Shown here piece after piece: positions 52,501 to 62,196 of a DNA stretch of 64,000 bases. Numbering within the stretch: position 1 is the stretch's first letter; the number at the start of each line of letters is the position of its first letter. Source of the stretch: Lingula anatina (taxonomy: Eukaryota > Animalia > Brachiopoda); the NCBI GenBank assembly GCA_051362555.1, contig CM120644.1, positions 9,618,954-9,682,953 of the forward strand, in the 5' to 3' direction. Both the position numbers and the translations under genes were made by a program. The notes beneath the pieces are model-generated. The model was not told the DNA's origin. It did no database searches and saw only the letters and a list, made by a program, of their open reading frames with translations.

Positions 52501-55392
52501 CTGGTTTTGTTTGTATTCATCTGAAGATATGAATTCATTGAGAGTAAACTCTCCAAGTTCAAGAACCAAGTACAGAAACTCGTCGTCCTGAACAATATCA
52601 TAATACCGGATGACATTTGGGGAATCCAATTTAGTTAACAGTTCTTTCTCGTTCTTGAAGTTCTGTGACATGGACCGTGGGTATCATTTTACGGCGACCT
52701 CTCTGCCATCATGCCGAATACCCAGAAACACCTCAGTTTTGTTTCCACTGAAAGAAAAGTATCATAATTTAATTTGAGGAATCTGAAACTATAACCAGGA
52801 TTGATTACTCTTGCCCCGGTCAAAAGAATAAATGGAAAATGTGTGGCAGATATCTAGCCTTGGTCATTTATACTAGTATGCCAGTAGTGAAAATTACTAT
52901 GATAGAAAACATACTTCGATTTACAACATCAGCAATGAGAAACACTAAAATACACAACAAACAAAATCTAGCTATGTATTTCATTTCAATTTCATTCTTT
53001 TCCGCATGTTCTAGTCAGTGGGAAAGCGTCTATAAACAAAACTAAAATATATAAAACCAGCCAGAACACGATTTGGAGCATAAACATTTTTTAAAATGAT
53101 AACATAATCAAATTGAAAAATTAAATAAAATAGATTATATACTAAACTCCTCACTATACTTACGATCCAATTATAAACCTGTCGATCTTTGTGCTGAAAC
53201 ATACATTGTTCACTTCCTTCAAGTGTCCGCCGCTGACCTGCAAAAGTTCTTCAAAGAAAGGCCTCCATCTGGCACTAACAGGTGTCCAGTTTGAGGAATA
53301 CTTTAGGGCAATCTGTTCCTTCAGATAGATTGAACTACTTGACGGTACTATAGAATCACAGAGCAGTACGTCGTCGGCTATATCGATGTATTCTCCATCG
53401 CTTCGAATTTGTAGGATCTGGCGTGAAACAGGAATGTCTGCGTCTGCCTCTATTTGATTTTTCAAAAACGCCACGTTATTATTTGGTGAAACTTGATAGC
53501 CTCTAAAAGTACCGGTAGGGAGCAGCACTGATACTCTCCAGGGCTGACTGGTAAGAATGATGTCTATTTCATCTTCCATTTTGGAGGTCAGGTATTCGGC
53601 TAACATCTTATCGTCACTAAGAACGTTACCATTGAAACTAAGGTGTTGTTCAAAAAGATGGATATCTGTATCCACCGCCAGAGTCCGCTTTAGTCCGCCG
53701 ACGGCATTGCTTGCCAACAAAGAGTATTTATAGATTTGAGTGCCAAAAGCTACAGAAACCTTTAATGACCAGTCAACAGTCACAACTGACCCTTCTTGGA
53801 GACTACAATCCTTCAACTTTTTGTCACACTCGAGCTGTGTCCCTTCGTAAATGAAAATAACTGTCTTCTGAAAGTGCTTCGCCAGTGCGTCCACTGAATC
53901 CGTTGGAGATACTTTAACCGATATTTGGGTGTTCCGTCCTATAATCTTAAACACGACTTGGAATAAAAAAGACATCTTTATTTTACGTAGACAACATAGA
54001 AGAGTCTTCTCGTCAGATTCGACCAATTCTTGCAGTGAAGGTTTTCCTTCCCACTGGGCTTCTATTGGAAGCATATCCTTTCGTGCTGCTTGCGATTTAA
54101 AATCAATCATATTCAAAAAATCTTCAACTGTAAGAAGGGGATTCATAAAGTGTTCTTCAATGTTGTCATCGGGATATTGGACGAAAACACTATGTGCAGC
54201 AAAGGTGACCGCAAATGTTTGGTATGTTTCTAAGTAAATGCCATAATCTGTGAAAGTTTTGTCTTCGTCAAGACTGTCTGATTCTCCCGGCACAAGACCA
54301 CGATATACATTCACGTAATAAAGGGGTAGATTTACAAGTTCAGTGACTTTGGTCTTTATGACTCGAATTTTATCCGTGCTCTTTACGGACATGCGCTGAC
54401 TATGTCTGTCTGGCAGACGAATAGATATAAAATGAACAGGTTCTGAACTATCCGGTTCAGTTTGTGCAACCATGGGTGTGCCTTCTGGATCTGATTTGCA
54501 TATGCACCTCTAAAAGGAAAATAAGTATGCAGTATTACATGAATGATATGAATTGACTGATGAATACAAATTAGTCCAAATTAAAGAAAAAGATTAGAAA
54601 TATTTACTGCAAATTTCTCTCTTTAGTACTTTCTTTATCGCCATTGCTTCAGTAAATCATTAATTCGTTACCTATTAAATTGGTTTACCGTTTGGTGATC
54701 AACATGACTTAACTGATGCATATTTGGCATCATTAAATAATCTTTACATTTCCATCTTAACAAACATAGTTCATAGAAGCATTTGTTAGTTGAATATATC
54801 TGGAATTTTATTGGATGCCACGACTGCAATAAAAGACGATTATCGATAGAAGAAAGCAGTGAACGAAAAAACGTACCGAGAAACAGTTTTCGCAACAATC
54901 AGAAAACCAATCTCTACATCCCTCTCGACATTGCCCGCAGTCGTCGTAGTCCTTGCAACAACAACACAGACATAAATCACTATTTTCCTGACAGCTGAGA
55001 TACACACAGACTCCCACACAGCACAGGATCAGCAGCCCAGCAACGCTGGTTGACACGGCAGTGGCTATGATCCATCCTTTGACTCCAGGCGCGGGCGTGG
55101 CACCGGTGTTTGTGGGCGTGGTCGCAATAAAAGTAACCGTGGTTTGGGTGGCGTTACCGATGTTCTTGTTGTTGGCCGTGCCTGATTGGTTTATGCTGGA
55201 TATAGGCGAGGTCTCCGTGAAAGTAGGCGTGGTCTCGGTGGTGTTGCCGCTTTTATGTCTCTGGGAGACCGATCCATTTGTGATAGAGGGCGTTGTTGTT
55301 GTCCCAATTTTCATGTTATTGGTATCAGAGGATATGACGTTTGGTGTTATAAAGACCAAAATGGCGGTTACACTGCACAAAATCCCGTACAT
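31391..55392 (-). CDS. Multi-exon IRE1/RNase L-like gene: signal peptide - S/T stalk - TM - Cys-rich - tandem ubiquitin-like domains - kinase - KEN ribonuclease (~1010 codons; one in-frame TGA at 52684-52686)
   Basis: Ten GT-AG exons in compatible phase: 55392-54877, 54509-53164, 52747-52411, 49547-49442, 49182-49103, 48851-48643, 48104-48027, 47619-47541, 32265-32150, 31556-31391 (3033 nt in total). Motifs: IGSGNKTEVFLG, VAVK, HMDIKPHN, DFG, GTYHWVAKE, HPFFW, LLRFIRNVDVH, YFTAKLP. Confidence 0.85.
32150..32265 (-). CDS. KEN RNase catalytic exon
   Basis: KDLLNQALYDKFTKPISYSSSICRLLRFIRNVDVHLKD, compare IRE1 DLLRAMRNKKHH and RNase L DLLKFIRNLGEH. Acceptor TTTTACAG, donor GTAAG. Confidence 0.88.
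34031..35469 (+). mobile_element. 5'-truncated CR1/L2-group LINE (RT C-terminus, ORF 34081-35247)
   Basis: YADD at ~34057; LQGDL..I..WS.KW.L.F...KC; C-terminal CTCG..ET..HFFF.CP; AATAAA and poly(A). TSD AGTAACTG (34023-34030, 35470-35477). Empty site present in the other arm (~42112). Confidence 0.92.
41484..41572 (-). mobile_element. Extremely 5'-truncated RTE-type LINE 3' end
   Basis: Encodes AQHVARDRAKWKEVTVALCPTRDEEQ*, followed by a (GAT)n tail. 14-bp TSD CGTCGCTCGCCTAT (41470-41483, 41573-41586). Absent from the left arm (~36003). Confidence 0.85.
44058..44252 (+). pseudogene. Truncated N-terminal HTH of a Tc1/IS630-type transposase
   Basis: MPLCDYVRLRIIGLREQG..IKNITAQM......VSRQAIYNVLKKYDEG; lies ~170 bp inside the right TIR. 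Confidence 0.65.
45365..47497. mobile_element. Non-autonomous TTAA-flanked DNA transposon (Kolobok-like)
   Basis: TTAA at 45361-45364 and 47498-47501; short imperfect TIRs GGCCGGTGATAG / GGTGACTGATAG; GC-richer interior without an intact ORF. Confidence 0.5.
47541..48104 (-). CDS. Two exons starting the KEN domain (48104-48027, 47619-47541)
   Basis: HPFFWNVNTRYRFLCVLGDEKEVKE|SWKRQPHSVTLTLDGLTVSVFNTVAHW. The second exon is conserved in the paralog at 63961-64000. Confidence 0.82.
48643..49547 (-). CDS. Kinase C-lobe exons (49547-49442, 49182-49103, 48851-48643)
   Basis: PHNVLID...KLSDFGIS; GTYHWVAKE...ADIQ; VAGMLVYYTLTGGIHPF...WMLQPDPELRPTIDEAL. Confidence 0.92.
49671..52338 (-). mobile_element. 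Non-autonomous Helentron-like (HINE/DINE-type) element in a kinase intron
   Basis: On the minus strand: 5' TTTTT-ATGTACAGACA with palindromic copies (52281-52338) and a CGCCGT tract. 3' subterminal TGTCTGTACAT, a short imperfect hairpin and TTGTT (49671-49703). Internal ~340-bp tandem repeat. Confidence 0.65.
50750..51555. repeat. ~340-bp tandem repeat (about 2.4 copies)
   Basis: ATAATGACCAT...AATAAAATATT.GTATCATGGAT recurs at ~50763, ~51099 and ~51438. Confidence 0.85.
52411..52747 (-). CDS. Kinase N-lobe exon containing an in-frame stop
   Basis: GNKTEVFLGIRHDGREVAVK*YPRSMSQNFKNEKELL...LYLVLELGEFTL...HMDIK. Confidence 0.9.
53164..54509 (-). CDS. Large exon encoding ~5 tandem ubiquitin-like (beta-grasp) domains and the pre-kinase segment
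   Basis: Repeated pattern of two beta strands, V...D.V..LK helix, IP...Q.L.F.G..L.D.K.L.DY. Ends WTPVSARWR..FEEL...F.IGS. Confidence 0.8.
54877..55392 (-). CDS. First coding exon: signal peptide, S/T-rich ectodomain, TM helix, Cys-rich juxtamembrane segment
   Basis: MYGILCSVTAILVFITPNVISS; Thr/Ser-rich stalk with N-x-S/T sites; WIIATAVSTSVAGLLILCCVGVCVYL; CLCCCCKDYDDCGQCREGC. Phase-0 donor GTACGT matches the phase-0 acceptor at 54509. Confidence 0.8.
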
Positions 55393-55718
55393 ATTTATTG
55401 GTTTAGATTAATCTGAAAATACGAAAACATGATTGCCCTGTGCAAATAAAATAGATATCGTTTTGGTTTTTATTAGTTTTGGGAGAGAGGCTTTGGATGC
55501 ATCATATCTATCATGCGTACTGTATCAACACATTAATGTCAGTATACCAGCCATAAAAAGTAGGACTAAGTCATGCCTGTCCTGGATTTATGACATCTGT
55601 ATTGCAAATGTTTGCCTATATATTAATTTTTTTCTGGAGAGAGACATGGGAGATGGTTGCTGGTTATAATGACTGGCCAGCCATTTTAAACTAAATCAAC
55701 ATTTATAAATGTAATTAA

Positions 55719-55828
55719 AGGTCGAATCCAAGTGCAGAGAGTCATGGATAATTCATGAGAGAGTACGGAAATTTCCTTGTTTTCCCGGGAAAATCTATTT
55801 TGGCTGGAAAATCCCATGGAACGACCCT
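55719..55828. mobile_element. Short TTAA-flanked MITE remnant
   Basis: TTAA|AGGTCGAATCCA ... TGGAACGACCCT|TTAA. Confidence 0.35.
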
Positions 55829-56900
55829 TTAAGTTAATGAACTACATGTATACCTTTCACCCATATTATTAACATTTATGAAAATAAACAAAGTGCGTTT
55901 CTAACAATAATGTCTTAGTAATTATTCCAATTAAATAAAGAGGGAATTATCTCCTGAAACATGTTTCATAATTTTAGAAGAATATCCATTTAGAAGCATC
56001 TTGTATTTGCTATATAGATCTAATATATGACATTACCATTGTGTGATTGAAGCCCACTGTTCATAACTAATTCTATTATTTCAACCTCTACCTATTAACA
56101 GTTAACAACGTAAATTGTTTCATGTCGATTATATTCTTATTTCTAGCTGGGATATATAGGGACAGGAAAATCGGAGAGAAAACACCCTATGAAAAAGTTT
56201 TCTCGAACAATATTGCAAAGAAATTTAACAGGGTTACATGCATCTAACATGCCTGTACTTTGGAAGCTGGCATTTCTCTAACATATACCTGTTGAAATAC
56301 AGACTAGAGTTGTTTAACTGTGGAATAACGTAATTCCTATGCATGATAAAAACATTGTGCGGATAACCTACCGGTATCTTGAGATATGTCTTTTTGCGAA
56401 ATGAAAACATCCCACATGAGATCTATCCAAAGACGTCAGACACTTCATGTATGGTTTCTGTACTGTATGTCTTCATCATGCATATGAGAAAGCCGAAAAG
56501 GCTATGAACACGGACTAAGACAAGAATGAAGTGCTTAACTACAAGACAGAGCTACCGTTACTATCCAAAGATCCACTGAAGTCCAGTGAAGCCACCGCGC
56601 ATTGAAGGCCAATTAACGCTTGGATGACCACTTAATTGCGACCGAGCTCTTCATCTCAGCGAGCTAGGGGTTGGTTCTTCTAGACAATAACCGACACTGC
56701 ATAACATTAATAATGAAACAACACAAACAACATATTAAGTGCATATGGACGCAGTTATCGCACAAGTTTTATTTCAAACCATCTTCAATCATTTACAAAC
56801 AAACAATATAAATAAATAATTAAATAAATAAATTATAAATACGAGGAGACCCTCTCCTCACTAAACCTCTATATCATCTCTCCCTTTTATATATAAAAAA

Positions 56901-57330
56901 AGGAATCACCGGGATATTACATCCCAAACAGCTCTTCCGAGCTCATCTGTCCCTTACCTAGGGAATCACCGGGATATCACACCCCAAACAGCTCTTCCGA
57001 GCCCATCTTTCACTTACATAGGGAATCACCGGGATATCACATCCCAAACAGCTCTTCCGAGCTCATCTTTCCCTTACATAGGGAATCACTGGGATGTCAC
57101 ATCCCAAACAGCTCTTCCGAGCTCATCTTTCCATTATCTAGGGAATCACCGGGATATCACATCCCAAACAGCTCTTCCGAGCTCATCTTTCCCTCACATA
57201 GGGATTTAACAAAATACCACGACCCAAGCACTCATTTCTCTCGTACGTAGGGAATCACCAAGAGAGCACCTCTCAACGACTCTCCGAACTCATCTCTTCA
57301 CTACACATGTGCAAACTACCTCCCAAACAG
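56901..57330. repeat. 60-bp minisatellite (5 good copies plus a degenerate tail)
   Basis: GGGAATCACCGGGATATCACATCCCAAACAGCTCTTCCGAGCTCATCTTTCCCTTACATA stacks in register on consecutive 60-nt lines. Confidence 0.95.
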
Positions 57331-60233
57331 ATCATAAATATCAATCCTTAAATCAATATATTGATAAACATAAATCGCACCCCCAAACATGCCCCATGTA
57401 CACTGTACTCCTACACACTAACACAACAAACACTGTACTTATTTTGAAAAACAAAACATTGAAAAAATAAAAATAGCCACTGCAGCAAAAACCAATGCAG
57501 CTATAAAACCAAAAGAATCACAGGTACTTATCAAATTAAAGCAACAAAACCATAAACAAAAATTGAAAAAGAAAAATAAAAATTTACGTGTCAACTAGTC
57601 TGCGCTTACTGGTCGAATGAACAACTATCGTAACTTACCCACAATTATTACCAATATCACAACTAACACAATATATACAGTGTCTCCCCCCCCCCCCCCC
57701 CCCCCCCCCCCAGGAGAAAAAAATTCCATTCTTATTCACTTCGCTCAACCGAATAGAATTATATTTCTTTCGTTAGCAGAAAATAAGACACGGTAAGATA
57801 CACTCATCAGACCTATATTTTATCAAATACATGTAGATGTGGAATTTTGGACTCATCTTCAATTATGCAAACTACTCAAAACTCACTTGAGCAAACATGA
57901 CTGTGAATTATCAGTTGGGGTTATTCATTAACCATTTTGTAAAGACATATCTTTGTGATGAGATAACAAGTCTGCAATTGTGTGACCTCAGCAGGAATAA
58001 TATAGTCTAGTCAGTAAACCAGAGGCAAATGCTATCAACACCTGATTATCAACTCTTATACAATATTTATAGCAAAAGAAGGACTGTATTAAAACTACAG
58101 AAATGTTGAGTGCAGTTTATAGATAAACTATAACAATACGTGAAACCATGAAAAATATAAGTATGACACGGGGAATGCAGAATGTATTACTTGGTCATTT
58201 ATCTAGGGATCAGTTTCAAACACTTTACTTGATAAAGTCGAGATGGGTGATACACGTAAAATGCTGCGGATAAAACATATAAAATAACACAGTGGTAATT
58301 TTAGAGAAGCAAATCATGTTTTTAATGATTACTTTAAATTTCTAGAATCAGCTTGATGACAAATATAGGGGAATCAGCGGCTGCCAAATCCTATAGAATA
58401 GTTTACAACATTCTCTAAAACCTGCATGTGCAATAAACGCACACTGTGCTTTAGTCAATTATTATTTTTTTCGATCTGATTCAAGGTAAGGTATTCACTT
58501 CTTGTGTACAGGAGGACGTGAATGGAAGAGCAAAACATAACTCTAACAACACGACATGCAATCATGTATGCACCACGTTTAACAACAATCGAATGGCTTC
58601 GTTTGAAAACCCATATTAAAATTTCACCTCGAATAACTTGCTGATAGCTGCATTAACCAACTTTACTTACCTTGTTGACTTAAAAGCATATACCTGAAAA
58701 TGAAGTTGTAAGGTCGAAATCTTCACGAGATATAACTGCTGGATAACTGCAAAAAGGCTTGACCTACAAAGTGCTTGTCAACGTTATCAAGTCAAAGACA
58801 ATGGCAAAATTTAGATAAGTATATATGGAAAGATAAATAAGTAGGAGCATAGACATATTAAGGATATACAGTACATGTACATATGTGCGGCATTCCCCTT
58901 CTCTACAGTGTCTGACGTAAGGTTACTGTTGCATTGTGAATTTATTTCTATATAAGCTTGGCACTAACTTTAAACTGTCATTTGATTCGGATAATACCGG
59001 GGTATTCTTGTTAATGTTAATCATAGCGGTATTAACTGCAAACCCTTTAATTGTAATTCTCGTTAAATCTGTTTTTAATAGAAAAGTCAAGCTGCTGTTG
59101 GTGAACAAAAAATTCATCATTATTCCCTTAGATTGAATGTTCAGGTAAAATTTGCAAGAAAAAAACACTTCGTATTTATATTATAAAACCATTTGCAAAA
59201 TTTTGTTTTTGCCTTTTTTTGCATTAAGTATGTATTTCATTTTCAACAAGTAAAACATTACATTGAAGAAGAATCATTGTTTTTACCGATTTAAGATAGG
59301 ACTTAGGGAAGTTAAAATGGTTGTTAACGTTGTATAAAATGTTTTTCTAATAACAAACAGAAAGCCATTATTTTGGAATACAGGTATTTTTATTCCCTCT
59401 GATGAAAATAAAAGTTATTTGAAAAACTAGTACTTGCAAGATATCAGCCTAACGCTTTCTGGTCCATTATAACAAAAGTTGGTGGAAGTATATTTCAATC
59501 TGAAAATAAAATCCAAGAAGAAAGGCCACAATTGGCCAAAAAAATGCGTTGGAAGGATCATTTAAGCTTGAATTTTAATGAAACGAGATTTCTAAATTTA
59601 TTTTTGCTGGAAACAACATGCCGCCAAGCAACATGTGCAATAATCATTATAGGTTTAAGCAATTCAAACATACATGTACCATACGTACATAAAGGCAAAA
59701 CCGCTTGTAAATTTTATACATAGTACTTCTACTTTTATACATAGTACAATGTAGAATAATTTAAATGCGTTAATATTGACATTTGTAATTTGGTAAAAGA
59801 TACATGTAATACAAAGTGAAGAAATGAATGTTGCAATCGCTGTTTCATTCACAATAAAACCTTTTGTTGATTTTTTAACTATAAAAACTAAAATATTTTC
59901 TTACATCTACAGTATCTATAATTGTGTACGATGTACTGTAGAAGCTATTAGCATATGGCACAACCCACCTAGATAGCTGTGTCCCGTAATCCTCTGCCCG
60001 TCAGCAATCTACGAATAGCTGAATATAAAAACTTCGCAGAAATAACTATCATTAAATTTCCAGTGTAAAACCAAATTTGGATAAAAGTTTTACAAGGACA
60101 ATATCTTACCCTTAAGTCTCTTATGAGGTCAATTATGAATAAAATATTTAATCAAAATGGCTGTTGAAATCCTCATATTGCGTCGCTTCTTTACGACTTA
60201 CATCTTCCATTTTGGCATCTTGATTTATTAGCA

Positions 60234-62123
60234 TTATGCTGGAAAGAATTCCTTCAGTGACCCTCTAACAGTCCAGTCATCAGCAGACGACCGGGTGTCT
60301 TTCACGGTTTTGTAAACCCTCAGGAACAGCTCGTCAAAAGGCAGTCTGGCGGTGAAGTACGTCATGGGATTACCAACATTGGCTTGTATAGCGGGCGGCC
60401 TGAAAAAAATATCCATTAAATGTTTAAGATCACCATTTTTATTTAAAATACTGTTCAACATTTTGGTACACATAAGTAATAAAATGACTCTTCTGTCACA
60501 ACTTTATAATAAAATTTTATCAAATGCGTGAAATATGCCCATGGACAAAAGAGTTATTTTATTGGAACATGCAACTCTCCTTCTTGTGTATCTTTCTCTT
60601 TGAAAATTGGTTTGTAAAATTTAAGAGAACCTAATCATAAACTACAATTATTATTTGGTAAATGTAATTTTCTGAATAAGACATGTGCCTCTCTAAAAAC
60701 TTTGGTATGCTAATATAAACATCTCTGTTCGTTCCTTATATTTGCGAATAACCATTGGCAAAGTGCCCATCGTCAAAATTTAAAATAATATGCTATTATA
60801 AAGATTATGCAAATATTTGTTGCATGGAAAAATATTATTTGGTTTGAGGCATCGTAACTTAGTATGTTAATGAGTTATATGTGGGGGGGTAGCCGGATTT
60901 ACCTGTTTTATGCAGTCTAATGAATCAGAGCATCTTGTTTCAGCATTTATATTACATAAACGATTTTTTTCTAATGAAACTTGTCTTGTGATGTAAAAAA
61001 GAGTTATATGTTAAATAATTGTGGTGTGGCACAAGTAAATGAGCAAGTAATTATTGTTTTTTTAATCCTAGAGAAGAGAGGGAGGGGTGGTATATTACGG
61101 TATTTTATCCATCACTGATTTCACTTAACTGTATAAAAGTCTTGTTACTAGAAAAACTTGTTTCATCTGCTATTATGATAATTAAATAACTTTGAATATC
61201 TGAAGCAAATTTTACATTTATCCTAAGAAATAAGAATGAAAGTAAGCTATACTTACTGTATTTGGATTCTATTTCCTTTTTTATTTTTGATGATAGCATG
61301 CATTACATATATGAAAATGACTTTTCTTTTTTTTGGTTGTAATTGAAAATATTTTACTGACTCTAACCCCTAACTGACTCTAACCTCCTTTCATAGACCT
61401 ACATTTTATTTTGGGTTGTTCTTTAGTACAAAAGTTTCACTGTATCTGCCTAGCCATCCTATGTAAGCATGTAGCAGCTACCTCATGGCAGGAATAAACA
61501 TGGCCGCCTGCTAGCATATGGATTGAAAATGTCCCTATTTAGTTTGAGTACATATCGAGCCCAACCCTCAGACAAGCTGATTTTCACATATATCTCACCT
61601 TATATTCATGTCTTTTCAACCGTGATTAATTAGCTTGTCTGAGGCAGGGGCTCATATAAAAAATGAACATCTTTTATCCTCAAGTCACTGTAAGATTCTT
61701 CTTTCAATTAGCACTACATGTATAAATAAAGCAATCAAAATATTGATCACAACCAATGATTGGCCACATGTTGCTTTACTTTTTTACATTGGCACCTTCT
61801 GTACCGAATTGCAAAATTTCACAGCTGTTACCTTACTATAACTAAAGATTTGTAGCATTGCAATTCAGACCCCCCCTAGAACACACATTTTCATGAATAT
61901 TTGACAAGGTCATTTTGACATTAATTTTTTATATTTCAAATTCAATAAAAATATTTTTCAAGTGGATCATAAAAGTGTAAGACCCCAACTTTAATTTGGC
62001 ATCAATTTTTCCCATTCATTCACAATTTATTTTTCATGTACAAAAGTGGGCACTCATCCTTATCAGACTAAGATGACCGGTATGTTGGGCAAAAAACAAC
62101 CGCATTCATTAATTTCCCAAATT

Positions 62124-62196
<73 letters not shown>

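Noticed and set aside
53160-54473. Polyubiquitin precursor gene
   Set aside because: The units are highly diverged, lack C-terminal GG, and the exon splices in frame to the TM and kinase exons.
31391-55392. Assigning the symbol IRE1/ERN1 or RNASEL
   Set aside because: It lacks the IRE1 luminal domain and the RNase L ankyrin repeats; orthology cannot be established without a phylogeny.
56901-57210. CRISPR-like or coding 60-bp repeat
   Set aside because: Whole units are repeated with no variable spacers and no supporting ORF; an ordinary minisatellite.
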